Both the position numbers and the translations under genes were made by a program. A DNA stretch of 64,000 nt. It comes from Eledone cirrhosa (Eukaryota). The stretch spans positions 32,054,001 through 32,118,000 of the forward strand of contig OZ024754.1 of NCBI GenBank assembly GCA_964016885.1. The letters are read 5' to 3'. The notes beneath the pieces are model-generated. The model had not been told where the DNA came from, searched no databases, and saw nothing but the letters and a program-made list of their open reading frames with translations. Below, one piece after another: positions 27,006-40,975 of the stretch; position 1 is the first letter of the stretch, and each line of letters opens with the position of its first letter.

Positions 27006-27036
<31 letters not shown>

Positions 27037-27070
27037 TTTATGTATGTATGTATGTATGTATGTATGTATG

Positions 27071-27101
<31 letters not shown>

Positions 27102-27111
27102 TTTATGTATG

Positions 27112-27142
<31 letters not shown>

Positions 27143-27148
27143 TTTATG

Positions 27149-27179
<31 letters not shown>

Positions 27180-27185
27180 TTTATG

Positions 27186-27216
<31 letters not shown>

Positions 27217-27218
27217 TT

Positions 27219-27249
<31 letters not shown>

Positions 27250-27287
27250 TTTATGTATGTATGTATGTATGTATGTATGTATGTATG

Positions 27288-27318
<31 letters not shown>

Positions 27319-27336
27319 TTTATGTATGTATGTATG

Positions 27337-27367
<31 letters not shown>

Positions 27368-27377
27368 TTTATGTATG

Positions 27378-27408
<31 letters not shown>

Positions 27409-27455
27409 TTTATGTATGTATGTATGTATGTATGTATGTATGTATGTATGTATGT
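26525..27455. repeat. About 930-bp (ATGT)n microsatellite with periodic AATTT interruptions
   Basis: Direct reading; source of spurious MYVC ORFs. Confidence 0.97.
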
Positions 27456-28335
27456 TCTTCTGGTTTTATAATTTCACAAATGTTTACCAATAGAGAGAGA
27501 GTCGGTTTCTAACATAGACACAAGACTCTCATTGGAATTGACACATCAACTAGGTAGATATGTATGTATGAATGCATGTGTTGATATGGATGTTATTGTA
27601 TGTGTGGATGTGGATGTTTTGAGTTGTATGTGTGCATGTGTATATGCTTTGTATCTGTACATGTGTATATGCAGTTATTAGATGCAAAATTTTTGGAATG
27701 TTTTACATATTTTTACTGTTTCATTAATGGATTGTACTTGTAATTTCCTAACTAGTTGTGTTCTTTCTGTTCCTGTGAAGCCCAGCTTCTCAAGATTTGT
27801 ATTGAAGCAGTTACTAACATACCCCAGTGCCCCAATAATCACAGGCATAAATCTGAAGGTGTAATCAGGGTGGAGTATCTGCAGATTTCTCATCAGTTCT
27901 GTATAAATATTCTCCTTTTCGCTAATCTTTGATATTATATTGGCATCTGCTGGGCAGATAACTTCCACTAGTGTGCATGCCTTCTTTTCCCTGTCCTAAT
28001 ATCTGGTCTGTTATGCCTGCATTTTATTGGGGTTTTTACTGGAACATTCCACCACTACTCTTTCATATTATGTATGTGGATGTCTTCCACATTGCTGTAG
28101 CTTTTAATGTGTTTATTATCGGGGCTATCTTTTTTACGGACTGCATTATACTGTGTTTTGGCCACTACATCATGCCTCATGGGTAGATAGTACCACGATG
28201 ACATCTTTGGACAGCTGCTGATGACATGGGTGATATCCTCGATGTTAGTTATGCAGAGACTGCACTTGTTATCACATCTAGATGTTTTGCCTGCATCCCT
28301 ATCTCTTTTGTGAATCAGGCAATTCGTGTTAATGT
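27456..28335 (-). mobile_element. 5'-truncated R4/Dong-clade non-LTR retrotransposon (CCHC + restriction-like endonuclease + 3' UTR)
   Basis: QEQDI..CSLC..EDITHVISSC..YLPMRHD..WWNVP..HNRPDI..EVICPAD..EKENIY..PVIIGALG. Confidence 0.88.
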
Positions 28336-28381
28336 CCTGTTCTTGGATTGCAAAAGCATATGTATGTGTGTATGTATGTCA

Positions 28382-28560
28382 CATGGTACCATGGGCCCAG
28401 CACTATGTGTCAATAATTGTCGCAAGTGTAGTGTTTGTACCAGAGTTTTCAAGTCGCTGGCTGGACTAAAAAGTTACACTCGTTCAGCGCATCGGTAGGG
28501 GTTCTCCTACATGGATATAAAGTAGTGGCCGTACTCGAAAACGAGTTGGCAGCCACCATG
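28382..28560 (+). mobile_element. RTE-like LINE extreme 3' end (zinc finger, 3' stem-loop, ATGT tail); second copy 52432-52620 (-)
   Basis: [16 protein letters not shown](Y/H)TRSAHR-stop, then ggccgtactcgaaaacgagttggcagcc. Confidence 0.75.
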
Positions 28561-28692
28561 TATGTATGTATGTGTATGTGTGTATCACTTTCTCTTAATT
28601 TCGAGTACCAGGTTCTTGATTATACTGGCAGGATGGTTAGAATGCTTATCGAGCCCTCTTTGGATTTTAATCTTCAAATTTATTATTATTAC

Positions 28693-28861
<169 letters not shown>

Positions 28862-29979
28862 ATAATAAAGGACGAATGGTTACTCCATCACGTTTATTGG
28901 TTGGTGACACGTGTTTCGCTATTGTTCAGCTCAAGGTTCGATCTGTATCGATCTAGCCCGACTCTATAATCACTCTGTTTAGCGCTACACCTCGATACCG
29001 ACGTGTACCTAAACATAACATCGAGTGCTCAGCCGGGTGAACCTACAGTAACTCCGTGGTACACTCCCTGGATATATATATATACTATACACACACACGC
29101 ACACACACACACACACGTACACGCACATATATATATGTATATATAAACGTTTGTATATGTATAATAAAGCTAAAACAATGCAGGTATGGACATAGAATAA
29201 AGAATGCAAATGCAAAAGATATTGTTGACAATTAGTCTTTTACCTTAGATTTATTTAGATGTCCTTAATTTTCGAGATAATCTCTTCTTCGGAGGGAAGT
29301 AAAGCGGTTAAACTAGTGTTCTAAATAGCTTGCCAAGTCATGCTGTCAGCAAATCCAGAGAATTTCCAATGGAAAGAATTAGATCTTCAGACAGCTATTT
29401 CCATACCGTAAGGGTGCAAAACCTCACAGTAACTCAATATTTCGCTTACTGCCCGACGCATGCGGTCAAGCCGCTGAAGTGACGCACACGCAAAATTAGG
29501 CCACAAGTAAAAGCGGGTTATTATAAACTTGCTGATCATGCCGCTAAAAATAGCAGCGCGATACAACGTTTTGTTCTCTACATAAGGAGAAAAAATTATA
29601 AAAGGGTATGGATATTCCAACAGGCACAGAAATATGCATGGTGTTTATAATAGTTGTGGTTCGATGGTACTAATTTGAGATACCAGAACTATAAAAATGA
29701 GCGGAGCAAGCAATTATCAAACAATCTTTTAAATAAATTAAAAAACGATTTAAATATTCATATATGTATATATACATGATATAAATATATATACATATAT
29801 ATATGTATATATATATATGTATACATATATATATACATACATATACATATTATTAGGGTAAACATTGATGCAATTCAATTCAAGCACTCAACGTACTTTT
29901 TCCACATAGGAGTGACAGACTAAATATCGAATAAGTAAAAGCGAAGTAGTTTCAGATGTTCAAGTCCTTTAATAATAAT

Positions 29980-30053
29980 GCTGTGATATATATTTCAATG
30001 ACGACACTGGCCACACTGTTCTGTGTGCGAGTGTCGTGACATCATCAGACAGC
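29980..30053 (-). ncRNA. Minimal hammerhead ribozyme with long stem II (family K-related)
   Basis: gctgt-CTGATGA-acgacact/agtgtcgt + cacac/gtgtg stem II-GAAA-tatatatc-acagc; AUC triplet. Confidence 0.9.
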
Positions 30054-30578
30054 TTGTTACATAATAAGGTTGTTTCCGAGGCAATCCAAATTGAATCGAC
30101 ATGGGAACGGATGAAGTTCGTGCTTTTGGGTTTTTCATCCGTTCATATATATGTATATATATATATGTCTACATATATATATATATATACATACATATAT
30201 ATATATATACATATTTATATATATATGTATACATATATATATATATACATACATATATATATATATATATCTATATGTACATATATATGTATATATATGT
30301 ATACATATATATATATATATACATACATATATATATATATATATCATATATATATATGTATATATATATATGTATATATATCTATACATATATATATATG
30401 TATATATATATAAAATTTCAGGTTAGACAACTGATTATACATTTGCTATCGAATACTTGCTAACATTATATGATTACGCAAGCAGCGATACATAGGTATT
30501 CTGTCTGTTACAGAAACATATGTCAATACCTAATAAATTCCTTTTTTAAAAAAGCACTTTCATTTTATATTCATCTTT

Positions 30579-30752
<174 letters not shown>

Positions 30753-30778
30753 CATACATGCACACACGCGCGCGCGCG

Positions 30779-30809
<31 letters not shown>

Positions 30810-30947
30810 AGATCAAAAGATGGTTAAAAGAGTTCCATGTATTTTATTATGCGCATTTCAAAAATATCCGATATCTGCATTGCTTTATTGTACTACAATA
30901 AAACTCACCTCCTACATATATATATTTATATATATACACGCGCGCGC

Positions 30948-31006
<59 letters not shown>

Positions 31007-31424
31007 AGAAAAGGGAGAATATAAACAAATCGAATAACGAATTTGATTTCATTCTTTTATTGGTTTAACTCATAGGAATACCTTCAAAACTTTTTTAGTC
31101 GACCACATCGACTTATCGGTACTTATTTTATCGATCTCTATTTGTCAAACCGATAAATTACGGAACATATAAACGGTCACATCACAAACAACAAGATACA
31201 TTTTAAAATCCAGTATAAATACACATTCACAATCACACATATATGTATGTATATGTTTATGTATTTGAAATATGCGCGTTGCAACGCAAATGACCATAAT
31301 AATAGTTGATCACTATAAATAATAGCGAAAATCGGGTAAATTACCCCCAGGAGACAGAAAGATGTTTGGATGCACACATTTTAAATTTCGGGTTTTCCTA
31401 ATGCTTCTGAAGCCAACCGCTTCG

Positions 31425-31537
<113 letters not shown>

Positions 31538-31879
31538 CACAAACACGCACACACATATATATAAGTTAAAATCTGACCATCAACAGAAGTCGGATCAAAA
31601 CGGAAAAAAGGAAACGTCCTTTTTTTTCATCAGCTATCCGCTAGAAATTCCCATGATTTCGTTTTTTATTTTTATTTGGGTAGAATTGCAATCCAAGTCC
31701 ACCAGCAGCTAATGTAGATTAGCTACTAGGGGTTAAAGTACAAGGCGGGACACAACATACCATAGTGCAAGATACAATTTTATCTTTGGATTAACCCGGA
31801 AACGAGACAAAAAGCATTACACACGAGCCACAAGATCCGAACTGAGAACTAAACGCAATGATAACATGATAGAACATAA

Positions 31880-32010
31880 CTGGTTCTACTTTAGGCACAA
31901 GGCCAGCAATTACCCAGTGCATTACTGGTACTTTATTTTATCGACCCCGTAAGGATGAAAGGCAAAGTCAACCTCGGCGGGATTTGAACTCAGATCGTAA
32001 AGGGACGTAA
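31880..32010 (-). mobile_element. SINE family 1, truncated
   Basis: Near-identical central domain and B box. Confidence 0.85.
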
Positions 32011-32337
32011 CATGACAGAACATAATGAGCAACAAAAGTAGCTTTATATGAAGGTAAAGAAGAAAAAATAAATAGCAAAAAAAATTGTCCGGATATTTGT
32101 GATTGTTGAATTGAAATGATAAACGTTAGAAGAGACAAAAGCAGGCCAGACTGAACTGCTGAGCGGCCAGTGTACGAAACACTGGTAATGTATGGCATTC
32201 TGGGAAGGAGTGCTAGAGGAGAGTAGAGGATGAAAGTTAGAGAATATGTACACAAGAGACATAAGGAGATAGATATAGAAGGAAAAGAGAGTGAAATAGA
32301 GTGAAGAGAGAGAGAGAGGGGGGGAGATAGAGAGAGG

Positions 32338-32410
<73 letters not shown>

Positions 32411-32623
32411 GAAATGAGAGAATCTGAGCACAGACAACGAAAAGAAGAGACACTGGAAAATCAAAGCAAACCGGACACACAGAAACATCCCTTTTTTCAT
32501 AATATATATATATATATATATTAATATATATATATATATATACATATATACATACATATGTAAGAATATCCAGTGCTGAAACGGCATACCGCTTACGGAC
32601 GCTTTAAGCATCCCACACCAATT

Positions 32624-32668
<45 letters not shown>

Positions 32669-32714
32669 AATATACAGAAAAAAGTTGATAAGCGAGAACT
32701 GTCCATACACATAT

Positions 32715-32769
<55 letters not shown>

Positions 32770-32813
32770 AACAGACACACACACATACATACACACACAC
32801 ATGCACACACACG

Positions 32814-32882
<69 letters not shown>

Positions 32883-33489
32883 CACACACAAACGTTGAGT
32901 TTCCACACAATTCCCATCTATTAGATTTCATCAGGAGCAAAGTATTTTCCCAACGGAAATCTATAATTTGGAACCATTTACCCCATAGAATGGAATTGAA
33001 CTCTTCACTAAAGAACTTTGTAACGACCTTCTTCACCACCCAATTTTCTCCTTATTTTTCTTAGAATTCAAAGTGTAATAAAATGAATGGTACCCTATTT
33101 TTTTCTCTCCCTAATTTTTTAAGGGAGAATATTTTATTTATTTATTTATTTATTTTTTATTTATTTATTTATTTCATGTATATTTGAATGGAACGTAGGG
33201 GTATGGTTTCCAGATTGTTCCTTTACAGTTAAACATTTGATTTAATTAATATTGTGGACACTTTTAATTTGCAGTGTCTTCTTTATATTCTTGGCAAGAA
33301 TTAAAAAAAATTAAAATAAAATAAAACCCAGTCATTAAGTCTGATATAGTTATTTTGTTGTCTTTTGTTGCATGTTGTTGTTGTTGCATGTTGTTGTTGT
33401 TGTTGTTTATCTGAAAACAATGGAGGGAATTAAGCGAAGTTATTGCCAGGAATGTATCACAAAACGTTTAAAGACCCAGTCTTCAGCGA

Positions 33490-35135
33490 CTCAACTCCGG
33501 ATTTCTAGTAATAGGTCACAAATGAGATAATTGGGGGCGTTGGAATGGGGTGGTGTGTGGATGGGTGGGTGTGGGGTGGCGTTGAAATATCAATCGATTA
33601 TATTTTAAAACCCAAATATTTCAGTGTTTATTTATTTTATCAATTATCAATTCTAGAAATGACTGAAAGGCAAAGTCGATTTCGGCAAGATTTGAACTCA
33701 GAATATAAAGATGTATAATGAAATGTCACGTGACATTTTGTTTGACACTCTGCACAATGCCAGACATTTGGGTGTATTTGAGACGGGAGGTGTAGAGGGC
33801 ATTCAATTATATTGAACCAGTATATGACTGGTACTTTTTTTTTATTGACCCCCCTCGGAAGGATGGAAATCAAAATTAAACTTGGTAGGATTTGAACTCA
33901 GAACATAAAGGGTTGTAACTAAATACCGATTGGCATCTTGTTCAACGTTCTAAATGTTCTGCCAATCTAATATCATAATAATGGTTTCTGATTTAGGCAC
34001 AAGGCCAATAATTTTTGTTTATGTGTGGAGTGGGGTGGGATGGGGGGTAAGTAGGGGGGAGGGGCCAGTCGATTACATCGATCCCAGTACTTGACTGGTA
34101 CTCTACTTTATCAACCCCGGAAAAATGAAAGGCAAAGTTGGCAGGATTTGAATTTAGAATGTAAAAAACCATAACTAAACAGTGCCAGGCATTTTGTCCA
34201 ACCCTCTAAGAATTTTGCCAATCAACTACCCTGATAATAATGGTAATAGCTGTTTATACCATAGGCACAAAGCCACACATTTTGGAGGAGGGAATAGTCG
34301 ATTAAACTTATATCGAAAGGAGGAAAAGCGAAGCTGACTTCGGCTGGATTTAAACCCAGAACATAAAGAGCTATAAATAAACAACCCGGGAGGTTTAGTT
34401 TGATGCTCTATCGATTCTGCCCATAGAAATACAAATATTTTTTTTTCTATGTACTGACAGAGGGATATAAATTCTAATAGTTTCTCAGTATAGTATCGAC
34501 TGAATCAACTCTCAGCATCTTACTGGTATTTTTTATCGACCCCTCGAGGGATGAATGCAAGGCCAACCACGACAAGGTTTGAACTCAAAATATAAAAATT
34601 CATAACTAAACCGTGAAGCATTTTACTGTAACACCCCCCACTTATTAATTCCCTGCTCTTCAGACATTTGGGAAGAGGGAAAAGTTGGTTTAATCAACCT
34701 CACTACTTTACTGGTACTTTATATTATTGGTCTTTGAAAGATTTTACACGAAGTTATGATAATCATAAATTAGAGGGCACCGTAGATACTCCGAGTTTTA
34801 CAAATGTTCTTATTTCTATTTTGATGTATAACTCTATAGATTTTCATTGCCTTGTTTTATTATTTTTAAACATTTCAATTATATCTTCGACTCTGTTTCA
34901 CACAGTTAAAGTTGTTTACCAACAAACGAAGGCCGTGCTAAGCATAATAATAATAATAATTGTTTCTACTTTAGGCACAAGGCCAGCAATTTGAAGGGGA
35001 GGACGAGGTCGATTAAGTCGACTCCAGTCCATTACTGGTACTTTATTGTATCGACCCCGTAAGGATGAAAGGCAAAGCTAACCTCAGCGGTATTTGAATT
35101 CAGAAGGTAAATGGTCGTAACAAATACCGCAAAAT
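33490..35135 (-). mobile_element. Cluster of about six head-to-tail SINE family 1 copies of varying age
   Basis: Repeated aaggcaaagt..gatttgaactcagaa and ggcacaaggcca motifs. Confidence 0.75.
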
Positions 35136-35339
35136 GACAGCCATAAACTGTAAATGAGGGCTGTTATCGATTATATCGACCTCGGTATGTGATTGATACT
35201 TAAATATTGGTATTTGATGAAAAAAAAAGAAAAAGAAAAAGGAGGGAGCATCTTTGATGTAGTCCTCCGTGTTTAACATAGTAGTGTCTTAATTAGAAAT
35301 ACAGGTATATTAGAGGTATACTAATTAGAGGTATATTAA

Positions 35340-36042
35340 TTAAAGGTATCTTAATTGAGAATCCTCGTCGGTGTAAGCGTTGTTTTCATGTCCCGGGCGA
35401 CTTTCATTATTATGCTGGTAACATTTTATGATACTTTCGCTGGACGAAAACTCGAAATCGCTTTTGTTTGGCGATGGTACTTCAGCATAAATGTTAGTTT
35501 TCATAGCAGATTGGTAGGACTTGGTCCTCAAAAAAGATGGATGGGTTTTCACTAACAGCGTCCCACTAGTGGAGTGTCTATTTTTGTGAATGATATTATT
35601 GCCACTGATCGTTTTCCATGTGTTGTTAACAACTGGAATAGAGCTGGGATTGTTCCCATTCTCCCATAAGTTATTCTCGATACGTTGGCTGTTTATGTAA
35701 CCATTCTCTGGCGCTTTGCTATAAACAGCGTATTTACGGTCGATCACCGAAAGCTGGATAGCATTTCCAGGTAGTTCATCCGGGGAATTTTTTGCAAAAG
35801 ACCCCTTCATACATTTCACCATTTCTATTTTCTCACTGGCGGGACTCTGTAAGGGATCGGCGCTCTTTAAGGACTTCGCCGCTACGTCCGGTTTTATCAT
35901 AGCTTCAGAAGGTTTATTGTCATAGTTTCCGGTGGTCGTGAGGTTTCTTTTACCTTCGAGCGATGAGTTTTCACTGGACTCCATCTCATGCACTTCGACT
36001 TGGTTGCGCTCATTTCGTCTTCTCAAAATATCTCGTCGGTCT
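35340..36042 (-). CDS. Terminal coding exon of single-pass membrane protein (cytoplasmic Ser/Asn-rich tail with Tyr motifs)
   Basis: 234 open codons of non-repetitive sequence, acceptor ctttcattttacag ending 36043, phase matches upstream exon. Confidence 0.8.
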
Positions 36043-36711
36043 CTGTAAAATGAAAGATAGATAAATATATTTAAAAAAACAACAACAAAATAGCCATACA
36101 TAGATTAGTTGGACACAAATAGATATATAAATTGAACACAGCAGATTTCTTCCAGAGAAGGAGAGAGAGAGAGAGAGGGGGGAGGGGGGAAAGAGACACA
36201 GAGGAAGATCAACCCCGGTACTTGACTGGTGCTCTTTTTATCGACCTCGAATAGATGAGAGTCAAAGTTGACATTAGTTGGATTTGAACTAACTCAGAAA
36301 GAATTCTATCCGACGTTTTAACGCCTTTCAACGTAATGTATGTTTATTTTCAATATAGAAATAATAAAAAAGAAGGGGAAACAAAAGGAAAGAAAGAATA
36401 GGGAAATATAGAAAAAAAAGGAGAGAAAGAAGAAAGAAAAAGATCAGGAAGGAGAAGGGATGGCAAGAGCTCTGGTGTCGCAGAAGAGAAGGAGGGTTGA
36501 CTAAACTAGTCTTAAGCTCAATGAAGATAATACATAGATAAAATCTATTTCATGTTTTGTACATATAAAGTATATTTAGTAAGAGAAACGTGAAGATAAA
36601 AATGTTCTGATGATCTCGCTAAATACGAACCAATGGTTCATGGACAGATACTAGCTCCTGATGATTTTCGCAGAGTGAAATGAGATAATTTAGAATAGTT
36701 AAAAGCTGTGA

Positions 36712-36817
<106 letters not shown>

Positions 36818-36959
36818 ATACATACATACACACATACACATTCTCCCCAATAAAATAGTTCTAGTCATGTAGAAGCCATTTCTATATTAAATATTTATAC
36901 TCTGTTATGTATTGAGTACCTTACTTACTGTGGTTACCCCCGATTAAACCCGGGATAAG

Positions 36960-37023
<64 letters not shown>

Positions 37024-37093
37024 AATGAAAGTATAGAAATTATTGTGAGCGTGAAGCCAACAGTATTTCATATATATATATATATATATACTA

Positions 37094-37158
37094 TATTTTA
37101 TCTGACGAAAGCACACCATAATTTAACTTGGTGTCCTTGAAATATGTATAATGAAATA
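37094..37158 (+). ncRNA. Minimal hammerhead ribozyme, family A
   Basis: tattttat-CTGACGA-stem II acacca/tggtgt-GAAA-tatgtata-atgaaata. Confidence 0.82.
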
Positions 37159-37287
37159 AATATGGTTTTATAAATATAGTTTCCATTTGTTAATATATCG
37201 TATTTTTACTCCAATAATTTGTTGAGTGCTTTATAACAGTTATAAAAATATTTGCTTGTTGTATCCCAACAATTTAAATAGAACTTC

Positions 37288-37404
<117 letters not shown>

Positions 37405-37814
37405 CTCTAGAAAACAAATATACAATAAATCTATGGTGAATATCTACTATAAACAATTTCAATATATATATATATTTCCACATTGAAATTAGATCAAAGT
37501 GTTATAGTGTTGTGTCAGCAAAGAAAGGAGCAGATAAATCAATACTTTATTTAATTCATGTTTTACCTCATGTTACAATTCAAAACATTCAAATCAAAAC
37601 GATGTCAGCGCCACCTATATTTTCTATTTCTTTTTTTGTCTTGATTCAGTAAGTGGTGGTGGTGGTGGAGGAGGTGGTGGGGATGAGGTTGTAGGTCGCT
37701 TATGTAATAAAGTTATATATGCTATTGGTTTATTTCCAGATATATATGTATCAATAGAATCATCGAACATATAAACATACATGCAGATCTCTCTCTATAT
37801 ATATATATGTAATA

Positions 37815-38205
37815 GTAATTGTTTCTACTTTAGGCACAAGGCCAGCAATTACTCAGTACATTACTGGTACTTTATTTTATCGACCCCGTAAGGATGCAAG
37901 GCAAAGTTAACTTCGGCGGGATTTGAACTCAGACTGTAAAGGGACGTAACTATGCTAGAAAGCATGGCGTCCAACCCTCTACCGATACTGCCAATTCACC
38001 GCTCTATATATGTAATAGTAATATTTGTTTCTACTTTAGGCACAAGGCCAGCAATTACCCAGTTCATTACTGGTACTTTATTTTATCGACCCCGTAAGGA
38101 TGAAAGGCAAAGTCAACCTCGGCGGGATTTGAACTCAGATCGTAAAGGGACGTAACTATGCTGGAAAGCATGGCGTCCGACCCTCTACCGATACTGCCAA
38201 TCCAC
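37815..38205 (-). mobile_element. Two tandem full-length SINE family 1 copies
   Basis: 37815-38003 and 38020-38205. Confidence 0.88.
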
Positions 38206-38578
38206 CTTCTTTTGTTTTTTTAAAAAGTCGTTTGTATTTCTAGTTGGTCAATATAACCCCATGGTTATTGTTTTTGTGGGGGTTACTCCAGTCAACATTT
38301 TTGTTTAATTCTTTCTTGGTAAGTTTATGATGAATTCTAGTAATAAAGGTTTCGCTCTGTTAGTGGAGACTTTCTGAGATCATAATATTAAGTAATATTA
38401 ATGAGAGTAGATTTTACTCATTCACTAGGTGCATTTTAGCTCAATGCAGTGATAGGATCTTGCAGAGCTGTTATATAGCTACAATTTGTTTACAAACCCA
38501 AAATAAAAAAAATTAAAGTTCAAGGCATTTGAGCTTTTAATTTTTGGTTTGTTAGCAAATGATTAGAACTTAACTTAC

Positions 38579-38673
38579 CGGACTGCTTTAACGACCGATG
38601 CAATGCATCCAATGGCAAAAATAACGCCAGAGAAGACGCTGCACACCAACAGAAATATTAGTTTACCCTCCAT
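38579..38673 (-). CDS. First coding part (MEGKLIFLLVCSVFSGVIFAIGCIASVVKAVR, transmembrane helix) of the same gene
   Basis: Exon 38717-38579 bounded by ttctttttattccag and gtaagt; phase-2 junction rebuilds CGA in frame with 36042 exon; in-frame TGA upstream of ATG. Confidence 0.75.
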
Positions 38674-38819
38674 CAGCAAAAGAGTGAAGTGACGTAAATT
38701 CTGTCATGTTCGACCAACTGGAATAAAAAGAAGAAATACATTAATATTAGATTGACTTGGGAAATATTGGAAAAATTTGAATTTTGAAATGTGTGCCTCC
38801 TAACGTAAATGACCGTAAT

Positions 38820-39495
38820 AATAGTTTCTATTTTTGGCACAAGGCCAGCATTTACCCCAGTGCATAACTGGTTCTTTATTTTATCAACTCCGTAAGGCAA
38901 AGTTAACCTCAGGGGGATTTGAACTCAGAACGCAAAGCATGGCCCAAAATATGGTGTCTGACGCTCTACCGATATTGCTGTTCTTCAATAATAATTGTTT
39001 CTCCTTTTGGCACAAGGCCAGCAATTTCCCCAGTGTATTACTGGTACTTTATTTTATCGACTCCGTAAGGATGAAAGGCAAAGCTAACCTCGGCGGCATT
39101 TGAACTCAGATCATAAAGGGCCGTAACTCTTTGCTGCAAAACATGGCGTCCGACCCTCTACTGATACTGCCATCTGATTTTGGGTACAAGGCTAACAATT
39201 TAGGGGGAGAGGAAAATCAATTAAATTAACCCCAGTACGTTACTTTTGCTTTATTTTGTCGATCCCACAGTGGGATTTGAACTCAGAACATAAAAGGACA
39301 TAACTATATGCCGCAAAGTATGTTGGTCGACGCTCTACCGATTCTGCCAATCCAACGACCATAATAATTGTGTCTACTTTAGGCACAAGGCCAGCAATTT
39401 TGGGGGCGGGGAAAGTCGATTAAATCGACCTCAGTGCGTGACTGGTACTTCAATTTGTCAACACCATAAAGATAAAAGGCAAAGCTAACCTTAGC
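38820..39495 (-). mobile_element. Four tandem SINE family 1 copies
   Basis: Units start near 38820, 38993, 39175, 39363. Confidence 0.8.
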
Positions 39496-39729
39496 TGATA
39501 GTCTCTAAATATACCCACGAAGAGATCAGGGTGTGGCTTCTTCTTTGGCAGAATCCAGACGAGAAGGGAGAACATAAGAGTGGAGACAGAACTGACAAGA
39601 ACTGTTGGAGGTCTGTGAAGGAGGACCTGGCTTGTCACAGAGTTTGTGGCTGTGATGTGGTAGCACTCAATACTTGTGAGTAGATTGTAAATATATTTTT
39701 GAAGTAGAAAAATGTCAGTGACTTCCACT

Positions 39730-40382
39730 CGTTTGCAATTATGCAAACAAGCCTCAATTTTATAGCCATGTCAGTAGAATGAACCCTTCATTCTTGCTCT
39801 TGTGTTGGCATGTGAACAGAACTGCAGTTCTATAAAATAGAGGCTTGTTTGCATAATTGCAAACGAATCGAATTAATATTCGAAAAACTCAGATTAGATT
39901 TATTGTATTCAGCCATGTAGAGAGAAAAAAATTTTCTTTTTTTTTTAAATTTGGCAAAACCAGCCATTTATCGCTCGTATACAGGAAACTGACTGGCCGG
40001 TCTGCTGATATGCAAATCTGGCTGATCAGTGGATCGGCTAATATGGAGATCTGACTGATCAGCCAGTCTGCTGATATGCAAATCAGGCCGATCAGTCACT
40101 GTGTATTTTTGAAAATAGCATATATTTTCACTAACTCTGACAGTTTGGCAGGGGAACAGTGAGCTGTACTGATGAAGGATGATACCCAGAAACATTAGTG
40201 TCTGCAGTTCTGTTCACATGACAACACAAGAGCAAGAATGAAGGTTTCATTCTACTGACATGGCTATAAAATTGAGGCTTGTTAGCATAATTGCAAACGA
40301 ATCGAATGTTATTAATATTCGAAAAACTCAGATTACATTTATTGTATTCAGCCATGTAGAGCGAAAAAATTTTCTTTTTTAT
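39730..40382. mobile_element. Family L ribozyme element with inverted and direct partial copies
   Basis: 39730-39827 inverts to 40202-40299; 39830-39945 repeats 40264-40380; 33-bp subrepeats at 39990-40097. Confidence 0.85.
40161..40210 (+). ncRNA. Type I hammerhead ribozyme, family L
   Basis: gagctgta-CTGATGA-short stem II-GAAA-ca-ttag-tg-TC-tgcagttc; 8-bp stem I, GUC triplet. Confidence 0.88.
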
Positions 40383-40929
40383 TTATATATATATATTTAT
40401 TAAAATAATAGATTAAAGTTTAAGCTTAGAATCGCTGCTTTCACCCTTAACGGGATCTTCTGAAACTCATATGTATATATATATGTGTGCGTGCGACAGT
40501 GTGTGTCTGTGTGTGAGTGAGTGTGTGAGTGTTTGTGCGAGTGTGTGTCTGTGAGTGTGTGTCTGTTTGTGTGTGTGAGTGTGTGTATGTATGTATGTGT
40601 AAGTGTGAGTGTGTCTGTGTATGTATGTGTGCGTGTGCGTGTGTGAGTGTATATGTGTGAGTGTGTCTGTGTATGTATGTGTGTGTGTGAGTGTCTGTAC
40701 ATATACAAATTATTCAATATGTAATATTGATTCGTTTTAGTTTATACATTTGCCTCCCAGAAAATATTGTAATCGATTTAAATTGATGACTGGTCTTTTG
40801 TCTGTTTTCCCAAAATTTAATTACTGTTTCAAAACACACTCTACCCCCCCCCCTAACTCTCTCTCTCTCTCTCACTTTCTCTCTCTCTCTTTATATATAT
40901 ATATATATATATATACGGAAAGAGAGAGA

Positions 40930-40975
<46 letters not shown>

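Noticed and set aside
28435-28498. Single C2H2 finger as a host ZNF exon (also 52492-52565, 17990-18050)
   Set aside because: Followed by LINE-type 3' hairpin/tail or contiguous with RTE sequence
29342-29395. Minus-strand hammerhead gctgt-CTGAAGA..GAAA..acagc
   Set aside because: Stem III does not pair and position 17 is G; at best a decayed copy
36043-36101. N-terminal MYGYFVVVFLNIF of ORF 35340-36101 as signal peptide
   Set aside because: It is the polypyrimidine tract before a good acceptor; the upstream exon supplies the frame
36652-36700. CTGATGA..GAAA motif
   Set aside because: Stems I and III not convincingly paired
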